DNA of 64,000 nucleotides from Octopus vulgaris (taxonomy: Eukaryota): positions 106,640,001-106,704,000 of the forward strand of contig OX597818.1 of NCBI GenBank assembly GCA_951406725.2. The letters run 5' to 3'. Both the position numbers and the translations under genes were made by a program. Positions 39,806 to 52,799 of this stretch are shown here, piece by piece. Numbering within the stretch: the stretch's first letter is position 1; each line of letters opens with the position of its first letter. The notes beneath the pieces were generated by a model. It saw only the letters and a program-made list of their open reading frames with translations, was not told where the DNA came from and searched no databases.

Positions 39806-40568
39806 AGATAGCTCTGCACTTCGAGAGTCAAACAATGATAATTTCTACCCCAGGTACAATGTTACATAACTTTCAGGGAAGGGCATTAATCACACAACTG
39901 AACTCAGATCTTAAAGAAATAGTAAGGACTTTTGTGCGGTCCCCCCTACCAACTCTGTCGTCCATCAATCCACTATACAGTCTTTTTTTCAACAGTCATA
40001 CAAAATCCGGGGCTGAGAAACTTTGATTCCCCCCATTATTTTACTAAACGATTCGTATGTAATCGATGCCGGTCAAACTTGAACTTAAATCGTAAATAGA
40101 AGTAATTGAAATTTCTGATACTAGTAGATTTTTTTCAAGGATACGAAGAGAGACGTAGCGTTATACTATAATACAGTTTATCTGGTACTTTACCGAATCT
40201 GTCATGCAACCGTCGTCCTTATGTAAGAACAATATAATACTGCTGCAACTGCAACTGCTGCTGCTGTTGCTGCTGCTGCTGTTGGCGCAAATTAACACGT
40301 GTAAATTAGATTGTATAAGAATCATACTTTCAACCGAAAGTGCAGCAATGAAGTAAGTTAAAATATTGCTAGAATCGGGAATCGTGTCACGGATACGGCT
40401 TGGTGGAAATTTCTCTTTCCAGCTCAGATAAATAAATTTATTAGTAATTTGGTGAGGGTGCAAGCGTGTTTAGATATACGGGTGGTGAGAGATGATTGTC
40501 TTTCTTCCTTTCTTGTGGTGTTCCTCATCCAATACATTTTTCACAGACTCATCGCACATCCACCTACC

Positions 40569-40612
<44 letters not shown>

Positions 40613-41379
40613 TCACTCTCTCGCTCCCCCTCTCTTTCTCTTTCTCCCCCTCTCTCTGTCTCTTTTTCTCTTTCTACCTCATGACTCCATTGCAACTGTC
40701 ACTATTCATTTCATAGCCACATCTCTGCTCTCACCACAGAACAGATGCTTCAACTTCTATAGAACACCATTATAGCCACCACATCACCCCTATAACCTAC
40801 ATCATTACCACTCTGTCAACTGCAACACTCTTATACTAACCAGCCCAGCCTCCCACGGTCCCTTGCACATATCTCCATCCCCGCCGCCACCGCCGCCGCC
40901 GCCACCACAATCATTATAACCCCGCAGATTGTTCTGTTGCAACGATGCATAAAATAGCCGAGTGAGACAGAGCGAAACACCAGAAATACGACGCAAACCC
41001 GCGCAACTGATGCAGTCCTTACTCGAAGCTTGCTTACTACTATCATACATCGAGCGAGTGATTGCAACTGATAAACAAGGTGTAACCATGGCAGCAGCAG
41101 CAACAACAACAACAACAACAACAGCAGTAGCAGCAGCAAAATCCATGCGTCATTTGTCATTGGTTGGTGTAAGGGTGACACATTGGAATAATAATACAAG
41201 TTATTTCCCCTTGGCTGGACGTCTGACACACCGCCGAACGAACCCACAACGCGACTTTGTCACTGCAGTCCTCTGCAGCAATTCGCAGCTTCTGCTGATG
41301 CTGTCATCGTATTGTCTGCTGAGTGCAAGGAATGAGAGAGATGCTAGTGTAGGCTTGACAATAGCGATGCCATTGCTGG

Positions 41380-41447
<68 letters not shown>

Positions 41448-41568
41448 AAATGACTCTCTCCGATTCTTTGGGAACTTGTCACCTCTTCTTGTAAAACAAG
41501 CGCTGTGACATACGTTTGATTTGCTCCTCCGGTTACTAAAGAACTTTTTTTCGGTCTTTAAAGATCCC

Positions 41569-41646
<78 letters not shown>

Positions 41647-41758
41647 TGTACGCGTGCGTGCACGAATGTAGAGAGAGTGGAAAAGTTAGATAGATAGACA
41701 GGCAGGAAGACAAAGAGAAATCAGATAGGTAGGTAGAATGCTGTCTGGCTGTGTGGTA

Positions 41759-41794
<36 letters not shown>

Positions 41795-41926
41795 GGATGG
41801 ATGGATGGCCGGTTAGATAGATAGATAGAACCAAAACACACTTGAAACGTAAAACGAAAATAAAAGAATATATACAATCAACATTTGATAATTTTCTGAG
41901 ATTTCCTCATCTCTCTCCCTCTCTCT

Positions 41927-41971
<45 letters not shown>

Positions 41972-42074
41972 GATGAACGAACGAAACATGTAGCGAGAGT
42001 AAAAAGTATTTGCTATGTTACTGAGTTTCGTAGGTAGTGATAAGCGACAAACAATAATGATAACAATAATCTTT

Positions 42075-42455
42075 CTTTCTACTAAAAACACGAGGCCTGA
42101 AATTCGCGGGGAGGGAATGAGTCAATTAGATCGCCCCCGGTGTTTCACTGATACATATTTTATCGACCTCGGAAAGATGATGGTCAAAGTGGAGCCCGAC
42201 GGAGTTTGAACTCAGAACGTAGCGACGCACGAGCGATTCTGTCCTTTCTTATATAGGCACAAGGCCTGAAATTTTAGGGGAGGGATTAAGTCAATTACAT
42301 TGATCCCAGTAATCAACGAGTATTTAATTTATCGACCCTGAAAGGATGGAAGGCAAAGTCGACCTCGGTGGAATTTGAACTCAGATCGTAAGGACGAACA
42401 AAATGCCGCTAAGCATTGCGACCGGCATGCAAACGATTCTGCCAGCCCACCGCCA
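42075..42455 (-). mobile_element. SINE family B (two copies)
   Basis: Reverse complement of the family B head and core. Confidence 0.75.
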
Positions 42456-42764
42456 TAATGATAATAATAATTAATTCGCTTATTGGCCACAAGGGCTAAC
42501 AAAAATCAATTAAAACATAAAGGGACAAAACACAGGACGAAAGTTACAAAGGATTTTGTCCGTTTGAAAAAAGTCCAACTCCCAATAGAGGGAGGCGCTT
42601 CGAAAGGTTACTCGACGAAAAACCCATAAAAGCCACGGGAGCCTGATCAAAAGGTGGGGTAGAGAGAATAAATAGAGATGTGACAGGTTAGCTTGGGAGG
42701 TTAAGCAGTTGTGGTCGATGAAAAAGGTAACAGTTATACCCAATAATTGCCGGAGCCCCGGGAA

Positions 42765-42962
42765 CAGTGAGCAAAAATCTCGAGAAGTACATGGAACAAA
42801 TAGGGGCTGCAATAAAGGTGGAGCACTTGCAGAAAACAGCACTGCTCGGAACCGCTCGAATACTCCGGAAGGTGCTCGAAAAATAAGAGGTGTTACCTTA
42901 GTTCACTGATAGTGAACAGCTGACACCGTAGTACTTCTCCAGCATTAGAAGCAGTGCCAAGG
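42765..42962 (+). mobile_element. R4/Dong-like 3' tail ending in (AAT)n
   Basis: Reverse complement of 7368-7562; encodes KVEHLQKTALLGTARILRKVLE. Confidence 0.75.
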
Positions 42963-42984
42963 CAATAATAATAATAATAATAAT

Positions 42985-45900
42985 CGTTTCTTTATTGACC
43001 GCAGGAGCCGAACACAAAACAAATAGGGACGATACAATACAAGGGAGAAGTGGTGGGGTTGAAAAATGCCGTGTATACAATAAATAACAAAAACAATTAA
43101 CAAAACAATTAAATAATAATAATAATAGTAAGTTCCCAAAAGGGGAAAGTTCCTCACAGGGATGACCGAGGGATGACCCCCACACATTCTGGTTATCCCG
43201 ACCGCCAGATGCACATCAGAAGATGCCTCTCTCCTTCTCAAACTCCTCCGGTTTACAACCGAAAGTCCAGAGTAGGCCTATTCACACGGGCCATCCTCGC
43301 CACATTCACCCACCTTTCAACAGATTTACTGGGAAGAAGAACTTCCCTCTTTACTCTCACTTTCCTTTTCAAGTTGAACTTGAAAAAGTGGATGAGGGCT
43401 TGGTCAAAGAGGAAAGTGTCTGTCTTCAGTCCTTTCAATCTCGTCCAACATACTACCTCCTTTGCCACCAGACAGAGGAAACTGCCTTTCCTTCCCGACC
43501 AAAGGAAGGCAGTGGGGTGATCTTCACGAAGGACTCGGTTGATAACCGGATCCGCCCTACACGCTTCAGCCGCTGCTCGACAAAGCTCCACAAGTCAGTA
43601 ATGCCCGGGTACTGGTTGAGTGCATTGCAGGACGGTTTCGTCGCCCTGAGCACACCTCGCACAGGTCCGTCAGACAGCACTTCTGTGTCTGTAGTGCTTT
43701 TCTCGAACCGGCAGAGATCACCGGTAGCACTGCCAAGCCAGAGATTTCTGGAAGTTATCCATAGGCCCCGTCCCGAAATTCCTCCGGAAAAGACCAGTTA
43801 ATTGATCCCTCCCGACACTCAAAGTTTCCTCGAAGACGTCATCGCTCTTACTTTTCACTAGTCCCCTACAGAACTCCATAGTGGAAATTCCACCGACCGC
43901 GTTGCCCAATTGACAAAGAGCTGTGAGCGCTTGCCGACACTCCAGGTGCCAAGCGCCTTTTTTTAGTCTACGCTTGATTCAGAACTCGTCAGTGAGACGA
44001 GCTGCAGAAAATCCAGTGTGACAAACAGCGACCACACCTTCTCACCGCTAAGAAAGCACTGGAGATATCGCAGCCTCCGTACGTATCTGGGCATCATTAG
44101 CCACAGCATACCCAGCCCTACACTCAGCAGCTGTTGACAGCAGATGCACCATCTGGCGAGCGGAACACGTCCCTTACAAAGAAAGCGCTCCAGCTTGACC
44201 ATCCACGAAGCAGGGCCAGGGACGGTGGTCAGGTGGTAGTAAATGGAAGCGATGCACGCATTCGCCACCTCCGCCCGACCTTTCAGGGACAGCTTCCTCT
44301 CTGCTGTCACCGCTTCGTACTCCCTTAAAGTAGAGCCGATCACCTCAATTTCTGAGATGTCCGAAACTATTACGGTGATGTCGTCTGCATTTTCCGACAC
44401 GAACCTTTTGCATCCTAGATCATGCGGGATGCCCATCAGAATGTCCAACTTCCTTAGTAATGGCTCGAGAGCTAGCACATACAGGAGGAGAGAGAGTGGG
44501 CATCTTTGACGCACCGAACGAGCGATGCTAAACGATTCCGCTAGACGGCCGTTTACTTTGACCATCTAACAAATGCCGCTGTACATTGCAGTGATCCAGT
44601 CTCTGAAAACGGGACCAAAACCGGTCGCCTCGAGGACAGCTGCCAAATATTGATGGTCGACCCTGTCAAAAGCTTTCGGTTGATCCAAATCGATCAGAGC
44701 CCCACCCATGCCAGGTTCCTCCTTCTCTGTAATGTGGTGCGTGAGGTGGTGGTTGTCGTGGATAGATCTTTGCGGGAGGGCGCATATCTGCGCATCACCG
44801 ATCAGCTTATCGACGACAAGCGCCAACCTCTTGGCTAACACCTTGGCCAAAATTTTATAATCTGAGTTCAGCAGGCTTACAGCATTGGGTATTCTCCTGT
44901 TCTGCTGCCAGTTGTGGCAGAAATCCGCCAAGAGATCTCCGAACAAGTCTGGCATATGAAGATAAAGCTCGAACGAAAGACCATCCAGTCTCGGAGACTT
45001 CTCCCTTGTGCAGTTCGTCATCGCGTCCCATATGTCTTCGGTTGTTATCGGCATTTCGCAGAACTCTGCATCCCTGGATGGCGCACTATGCCGTCGATGT
45101 AAGTGCCGTCGACGTTGATGAACGTAGTGTGTCGGAAAAGTTCGGCGAAGTGCCGCTGAAACTCCGTACACATCTGCTTGTATTCGTGTTGTGTACGCCT
45201 GTCCCGTCCCGTCAAAGACCAAATTGTGGCTTTGTTTTCCACGTTGCACCCCTGCTACCAGGGCCCATGGAATGGTTTTCGTCCCGTCATGTCTCAGAGC
45301 TCGCGCCCTTGCTCTGACAACGCAACTTTCATGCTTGGCATTGAAGAATTGATCAAGAGCCAATCTAGCCGCCCGTCAGTCGCAATGTCACTCCTAAGCG
45401 CCTCATCTAACTTCCTAACCAGCTCTCCTTCTATCTTAGATTCCTCTACGGTTATTTCCTAACTAAATCCTACTGCCTCTACTCTAATAGCCCTTTTCAG
45501 TGCTATCCACTAACGGTTGTCGACGATTGCGCCCGCCAACTTCTGATGGACTAGCTTGCTAACCCGGTTTCTGAATGCTTGACGCGCTGGTAAAGACGCG
45601 TTCAGCTTATAGTACCCGGGGCCCTGCCTGAGGATCTTATCTAGGTCGACCGTGCAGATCACAAATTTGTGGTCTGTATAGCCGACAACTTTGAACTGTG
45701 TCAACCTATGCTACTTCTGTCTACTGGCCCACAGATTATCCTATCTAAATACGACATGGAAGATCCGGTGTTGTTTGCCCATGTCCACATTGGCGCATTT
45801 GGGAAGTCCAGTCGGTGCCTGTCAGCCAATTAGAAACTAAGCAGGTTTGTGAGGCTTTTGCACACTCCCTCACGTATCGGCTAGATCCACCCTATCCAGG

Positions 45901-46300
45901 TGTGCGTCTAAGATGGCGTTCAAATCGCTCACTATAACTAAAAGAACGAGATGTCTCAAGAAAAAGCTCCAAGTGTCTGAAGAAATCTGATTGTCCTGCC
46001 CCAGCTGGGGCGTACACAGTGACTAGTCTGAAAGCACCACCTTCGCTGTTGTTTACATCTAGGACCACCAACTTACCTTGCGGGTCCAGGAAGATTGTCC
46101 GTACCTCAAGATCCAGGTTGTTCCTAAACAGTACTGCCACTCCGCTCCCCATTCCAGGCCGACTAAGAGATGCATAGATCACGAAATCGTCAAAAAAGGG
46201 GGCTATATCGCGTGTGTCGGAAATCCCGGTTTCGCTGACGGCTGTCACATGCATAGTTAGTGACTGAGGTCGTTGAACAGGCGACCCTGCTTCCTACTCT
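42985..46300 (-). mobile_element. Tx1/L1-clade non-LTR retrotransposon, decayed ORF2 (APE-RT-Zn finger)
   Basis: APE (AVSET, LVTVYAP, TDHK), RT (SLLNSDYKILAKVLAKRL, DQPKAFDRVDH, RQRCPLS, ADD) and FQKSLAW; ends AATAAA then (ATT)n. Confidence 0.9.
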
Positions 46301-46750
46301 TAAACACTCCAAGATGAACGGACAGAATTTGGAGAAGGCACAAAAGGGCATCTACTTACTCCTCGGGTGACGGTGGAGGTCATGTGACGAGTGGCATGCG
46401 ATGTCATTATAAATACTGTCCGTCTGCAGAGAGTACGTAGTAGGTGATCGTAGATAGTCGTGGTCTTACTTGTCTAACTAACTATACTGCCATACTGGAG
46501 TGGGTGTGATAGCAGTTGACAAAGGATTACAACAACAACAGCCGTTCAAGAATTTGGACCTGGAGATCTCCATTTCCAGCGACTTCGAAGGCCACCTCCC
46601 AGTGGTGTCGGGCGTCAACGAAGAGCCCTCCACTACAAGACGACCAAAGTTTTTTTTCCAAGGTCTGGAGTCTCCCGCCCCTAAGCTCTAGACCATCATC
46701 TGATCACCCTTACCCGTCTTGTTTCTTAACAACAACAACAACAACAACAG

Positions 46751-46811
<61 letters not shown>

Positions 46812-46812
<1 letters not shown>

Positions 46813-49800
46813 TTCATTTATTTGCCATGTGGGCAAAAGATGAGGGAGACAATACAGAGACAGAAATAAATTGTGGGGGTTTACATATAATAATGAAATG
46901 ATAAATAAAAAAATTTTAATATAAAAAAAAAGATAAAAAAGTATACAGTGGGAAAGAAAGGACATGTGCATAGCATACAGAAGTACAAAGAAAAAAAGTG
47001 GACTGGGAGAATGATAGAGATGTGGCCTTCCTGATACAGGAACGCTTCTAGGGATAATCGAAGAACCCTACCGTCTGAGATGTCCCTGAAACCCGAAGAG
47101 CAAATGTCCTCTCCAATTCCTTCTCTCCGACTCACAGGTCTACACTTAGAGAGGTACCATCTACTCTTGCCATTTTCGCAACTTTCACCCACATTTCAAT
47201 AAACTCACTCAAGGACAGTACTTCCCTCTCCACTCTCAATTTCCTTTCAGGTGAAACTTGAAGAAGCCAATGAGCCCTCTACCAAAGAGGAATGTATCTG
47301 TCCTCATGCCTTTCAGCCTTGTCCACCAAACAGCCTCTTTCGCCACAGCCACCAGGCAAAAGAAAACTGCCTTGCCTGCCCGATTTAAGGAGGGCGACGG
47401 TGCATTCTTCGCTACAGATTCGGCCGACAGACGGACCCGTCCCAGACGTGGCAGTAGCTGTTCGACATAACCCCACAAGTCAACAATGCTTGGACATTGA
47501 ACGAGGGCGTGCAGAACGGTTTCGTCACTCTGCGCGCACCTGGGACAAGTCCGTCTGACGGCGTATTCGTTCCTGTAGAGCTTGTCTCGAACCGGTAGCA
47601 CCCCCTGGTAGCACTGCCAAGCCAAGGACATCTGGAAATTACCCATGATAATTCCCGACCGGAAAATCCTCCGGAACAGACTACGCAGTTACCCTGAGAA
47701 TGTCGTCGCACTTCTCCACCTCTAATCCTCTATAAATTTCTAAAGCGAAACATCCACCGATCCCATTGCCCGACTAGTAGAGGCTTGTGGGAGTCTAACG
47801 ACATTCTAGGTACCAGGCACCCAGTCTCGGTCTTTCCTTCAACTAGGACAGCAGCTCCGTCAAGGAGACGAGCTGCGGAAACACGAGCCTCACAGACGGA
47901 GCCCACACACGCTCACCGTCCAGAAATCGTTGCAGGTGGCGTAACCTCGGCGTGTGTCTGCGCATTAGGAGCCACGGCATACCTAATCCGGCACTCAGAG
48001 GATGTTGGCAAGAGACTGACCACCTGACCATTGGAACGCGTCCCTTCCACAAGAATTCAAATAAAGAACGCTCCAACCTGGTCAAGCAGTAACCAGGACA
48101 AGGCACCACGGTCAAGGGATAACGGAGGCGATGTAAGCATTCACCACTTCTGTCCGACCTTTCAGGGACAGTTTTCTTTCAGCCCATTTCTGGGTAAGAC
48201 TAGCCACCCTATTCGCCACCTCGTCCCTGTCCTTATCGACCTGGAGGTCAGGACCAAACCATACCCCGAGCACTTTAACTGTTCCGTCGCTCCAGCGTCC
48301 GACGACACCATCCGATGGCATTGTGCTGCCTCTCCAGGAGCACAACCGCAAACCAACCGATTTGTCGGCGTTGATTTTCTCCCCTGAAACTGACTCATTT
48401 TCCTTTTGGATGGTGCTGACCGTCTCCATTTCGGAGGCGTCCGACACTATGACGCTGACATCGTCCGCATACGCTGACACTGCCCTTCCTTGACCCAGTT
48501 CGAAAGGGATGCCTCTTACTGTTCCAGCTTCTGCAACAGTGGCTCGAGTGCCAATACATATAGAAGAGGTGACAGTGGGCAGTCCTGACGGACCGAGCGT
48601 GCAATGCCAAACGGCTCCGATAGGTGGTCGTTTGCTTTGACCACTGAAAACGGGTCCGAAACCACCTGCTTTCAAGACGGCTTCCATGTAGTGATGATCG
48701 ACCCTATCGAATGCTTTTGATTGATCCAAATGGATCAGAGCACCCCCGAAGCTAGCTGTTGTCCCAGCCCTCTCTATGATGAATCGCTACCGACTACAAG
48801 CGCCAACCTTTTCGCTAACACCTAGGCCAAAATCTTAAACTCTGTGTTTAGCAGAGTTATGGACCGAAAACTCTCTAGTACGTCCTCATTGTCGGCGTCC
48901 TTCCTCAGCAGTGTCACCACACCTTGCTAACAACAGTAGGAATTCTCCTGTTCTGTTGCTAGTTACAGTAGACATCTGCTAAAAGATCGCCAAACAACAT
49001 AGAATTCGTAGGGTAGACCATCCAAACCGGGCGATCTGCGACTTGTGCAATCGCTCATCGCCTCCCGAACTTCAGCGGCTGTTATCGGCCTTTCACATAA
49101 CCTTGCGTCAACTTCCGAGAGCCGCGGCAAGCCGCCCAGGTTCGAACTAAAGTCCAGTACCATCGTCGACCCATCGCTCTCTCCAAACAGCCACGCGAAG
49201 TGCTGCTGAAAAGCCGTACACATCTGCTCTCAGTCGCGTAGCATACGCCTATCCCGATCTGTCAAAGACCAGATCGTGGTTTTGTTTCCACGTCGCGTCT
49301 CCACCGTTCGAGCCCATCGGACAGCTTTAGTTCCTTCCTGTTTGAGTGCACGGGCCTTAACTCTAACAACGCAGCCTTCGTGTTTCGCTTCGAAGAAATG
49401 ATCAAGGGTCATTCTCGCCGCTAACACATCGGTCGCAGTACCCTTAATCGCCTCTTCTAATTTGCTAACTAGCTCACCTTCTTATCTAATCCTTTCTATT
49501 CCTAACTTTTTGCTAAACGCTATCAATTCTACTCAAATAGCCCTCTTCACGGCGGCCCACCACCGGTTGTTGACGATTGCCCCCGTCAACTGCCGCTTAA
49601 CTAGTTCACTAATCCAATCTCTGTAGTCTTTGCGAGCCAAAAATACGCGTTTAACTTCCTGTAACCGGGTCCCTGTTTACGAGTCCTATCTAACTCGACT
49701 GTGCAGATCACAAACTTGCGGTCTGTGTAGCCGACAAATTTAAATTGTGGTTAGCCTACACTATCCCTATCCTCTGACCTAACAAATACTCTATCTAGAT

Positions 49801-50420
49801 GCGACCTGAATGACCCATTGAGGTTGCTCAACGTCCATACTAGCACATCAGGGAAATCCAGTCGATACCTATCAGACAATTAGAAGATTCTGACTAGGTT
49901 TACGAAGTTTTTGCCTCCCTTTCTGTGTACTAGCCCCACACAGTCCTTCCATCGTCCAAAATCCCATTCCAGTCCCCTACTAGTACTATACTGCGAGACG
50001 TTCCCAGGAAAGTTTCTAGACACCTGAAGAATTCTGGCCTTCCAGCTCCTGTCGGGGTATAGACGACCACCAGTCTAAAGGTGCCCCCTTCGCTACCATT
50101 CACATCTAGGACTACCAACTTGCCGTCCGGGTCCAAGAAGATTGCCTGTACTTCGAGATCTAAGGATTTTTGAAATAGCACTGCTATTCCACCGCCAGCT
50201 CCCGACAGACCACATGATAAGAATATCTCATAGTCATCGAACATGGGCGCTAATGCTTGCACATTAGAAAGACTTGTCTCGCTAATTGCAGCCACATCTA
50301 AATCGAGCGACCTGAGGTCGTTTAGCAAGTGATCAAGCTTCCAAGCCGACCCCAGGCCACGAGCATTTACACAACTTATTCTGAAAACAACCATGTTTAT
50401 CGGAGAAACAAAATGGGAGA
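46812..50420 (-). mobile_element. Second Tx1/L1-clade element, near-complete decayed ORF2
   Basis: ATG at 50394 (MVVFRISCVNARGL), LVGDWN, SPGLDGLPYEFY, DQSKAFDRVDH, YADD and the CCHC finger CPRCAQSDETVLHALVQC; ends AATAAA then (ATT)n. Confidence 0.9.
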
Positions 50421-50695
50421 AAAAGATAATAACTAGCTGGACCCATGAAAATTTCACGGAAAATTTTTTAAAATGTAAGCATTTGTAAGTTGTACGCTGG
50501 TGCCATGAGAAATGTTTCTATATTGCGACAGTTACAGAATATAGAAAGAAGTGTAAAACCGGTGACAGTATAATCCAACCAAAATATCTCAGTTACACAA
50601 ACATAAACAGAATTACTATTTAGCCTTAAAATACATCATAACATATTCAAAGAACCTTCTTGATGTTTAGTGGTACGGAACGTTCTTCTGGTATT

Positions 50696-51031
50696 CTTTT
50701 ATTCTTTTACTTGTTTCAGTCATTTGACGATGGCCATGCTGGAGCACCACCCTTTAGTCGAAGAAATCGACTCCTGAACTTATTCCATGTAATCCTGGTG
50801 CTTATTCTATCATATTCTGCCGAACAGCTAAGTTACGGGAACGCAAACACGCCAACATCGGTTGTTAAACAATGGTGGTGGGGTACAAACACAGACACAA
50901 ACACACACGCATAAAAATATAATATAATATAATATAATATATATATATATATATGACGGGCTTCTTTCAGTTTCCCTCTATTAAATTCACTCACGAGGCT
51001 TTGGTCGGCCCGAGGCTATAGTAGAAGACAC
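50696..51031 (-). mobile_element. SINE family A, 5' truncated
   Basis: Similar to 8997-9422. Confidence 0.8.
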
Positions 51032-51569
51032 TCATTAAAGTATAGAGTTGAATTTCATGTAGTCAGCTGTTGGCTATTTTTCTCCCCCCCCCCCCCCGCC
51101 ACCCATTTTCTTGGGGGTATTACTCATTTTTCTGGGCTCTTTTCACAGCTCTACCCCATTCAAAATTTGCATTAGTTTTTTGTATGAAAACAAAAAAGGA
51201 AGCGAGGGAGGTGGAGCTTGTTTGTAGTTTGTAGAGAAAACGTTAAACGTGCCTGGAAAAAAAAACATGGTCTTACCCCACCAACTAAAAGACATGAAGA
51301 ACTATGAAAGAAGGTGAATAAGTACCGGGGCTGGGGGAAAGAAGAGAGAACTAACACTCGATCCTTCTAGAACTCAAAGAATAAAAACATAAACAGCTGA
51401 AAGACTTACTCTCTATTTATTACTGAATGTCTTTCCCTCTTCTTCATTGTTAAAAGTAAAGAATCTAGAAAAGATCGATCGTTTTTCAGTTTAATTGTGA
51501 TTGTAAATGGCTGAAACTTTCCTTTCTCTGTCTTTATCACTTCACTCTTTTTCTCTACGGTTAAGAGAG

Positions 51570-51890
51570 TGAAGGTGCATGGCTCAGTGGTTAGGAGTAT
51601 TCGGCCTACGATCGCAAAATCACGAGTACGATTCCCGGCGGTGCGCTGTATTTTGAGCAAGGTGCTCTACTTCACCTTGCTGCTCTCAGGAAGCAAAAAT
51701 GAGTCGTAGCTGTAATTGAAAGGGGTCAGCCTTGTCATATTCTGAGGCTGAATCTCCCTGAGAACTACCTTATGGTATGCATGTCTGTGGAGTGGGAAAG
51801 AAAGGACTTGCGCTTTAATTTTACAAGCAGGCTGTTCGTTGATCAGATAAACAAGAACCTCGTCGTCGTAACAGACGGGGAGCCATTTTT
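51570..51890 (+). mobile_element. tRNA-derived SINE (family C, diverged)
   Basis: TGGCTCAGTGG A box, GAGTACGATTCC B-box-like motif; 3' part similar to 4010-4150. Confidence 0.7.
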
Positions 51891-52011
51891 TTAAAGAGTG
51901 AGAGGAAAGGAAATGTTCCAAATCGTAAAGCAAAAATGTGATATAATGCCATTACACTCGACTGAAACGCCGAAACGCTAACAGCACGAGAATGGTGAAG
52001 AAGTTTCAATG

Positions 52012-52550
52012 AATTAGTAATGCAATACTAGAGTATTGCTTTCCAGTAAAAAATAGCCCGTGAGGGAAAAATATACAAAGAAGTAAATATATGGCACAAC
52101 GAAGTACCGATATTTACTGGAAATAGCGAACGTAATAATACGACGCTAATGTATAGCTTCACCGCGTATGTGCTAGCAAAAATGCGTGTGTGGTAACATC
52201 TGAATTGTTGTCGTGGTATATGTTTGGCTGATGAAGATAGATCAAGTTTATGGGTGCAGACATAGCTTGAAAAATCTGAAACCTGCGCAGGTCCCACATT
52301 ATCCTTTTCCAGTTATTTCATCTTTCAGATGTTCTCCCTGGAGGTAAGACAATTTTTTCTAGTTTGTTGCACACACGCATTTTTGCTAGTACATACGCGG
52401 TGAAGCTATACATTAGCGTCGTATTATTACGTTCGCTATTTCCAGTAAATATCGGTACTTCGTTGTGCCATATATTTACTTCTTTGTATATTTTTCCCTC
52501 ACGGGCTATTTTTTACTGGAAAGCAATACTCTAGTATTGCATTACTAATT
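52012..52550. mobile_element. Penelope-type inverted pLTR module: 181-bp inverted arms around a hammerhead
   Basis: 52012-52192 vs 52370-52550 (one mismatch seen); the right arm runs into (TA)n. Confidence 0.8.
52221..52298 (+). ncRNA. Type I hammerhead ribozyme, canonical core
   Basis: UGG-CUGAUGA-AGAU..(UCAAGUUUAUG/CAUAGCUUGA)..AUCU-GAA-ACCUGCGCAGGU-C-CCA; GUC at 52291-52293. Confidence 0.85.
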
Positions 52551-52673
52551 TATATATATATATATATATATATATAAAGAACTTTTTGTAAAAGTTCCTA
52601 CCGAAAATGGTTATATTTCCATACCGAAACTACTCGGTAATAATTGTTAATTTTAAAATTAATAATTATTTAG

Positions 52674-52789
<116 letters not shown>

Positions 52790-52799
52790 ATATATATCT

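Noticed and set aside
40805-41482. Overlapping 93-163-aa ORFs
   Set aside because: Low-complexity trinucleotide-driven frames with no recognisable domain or clear splice structure.
46320-46540. Possible solo LTR (TATAAATA, ends TACAACA)
   Set aside because: No second copy, TSD or primer-binding site identifiable in the window.
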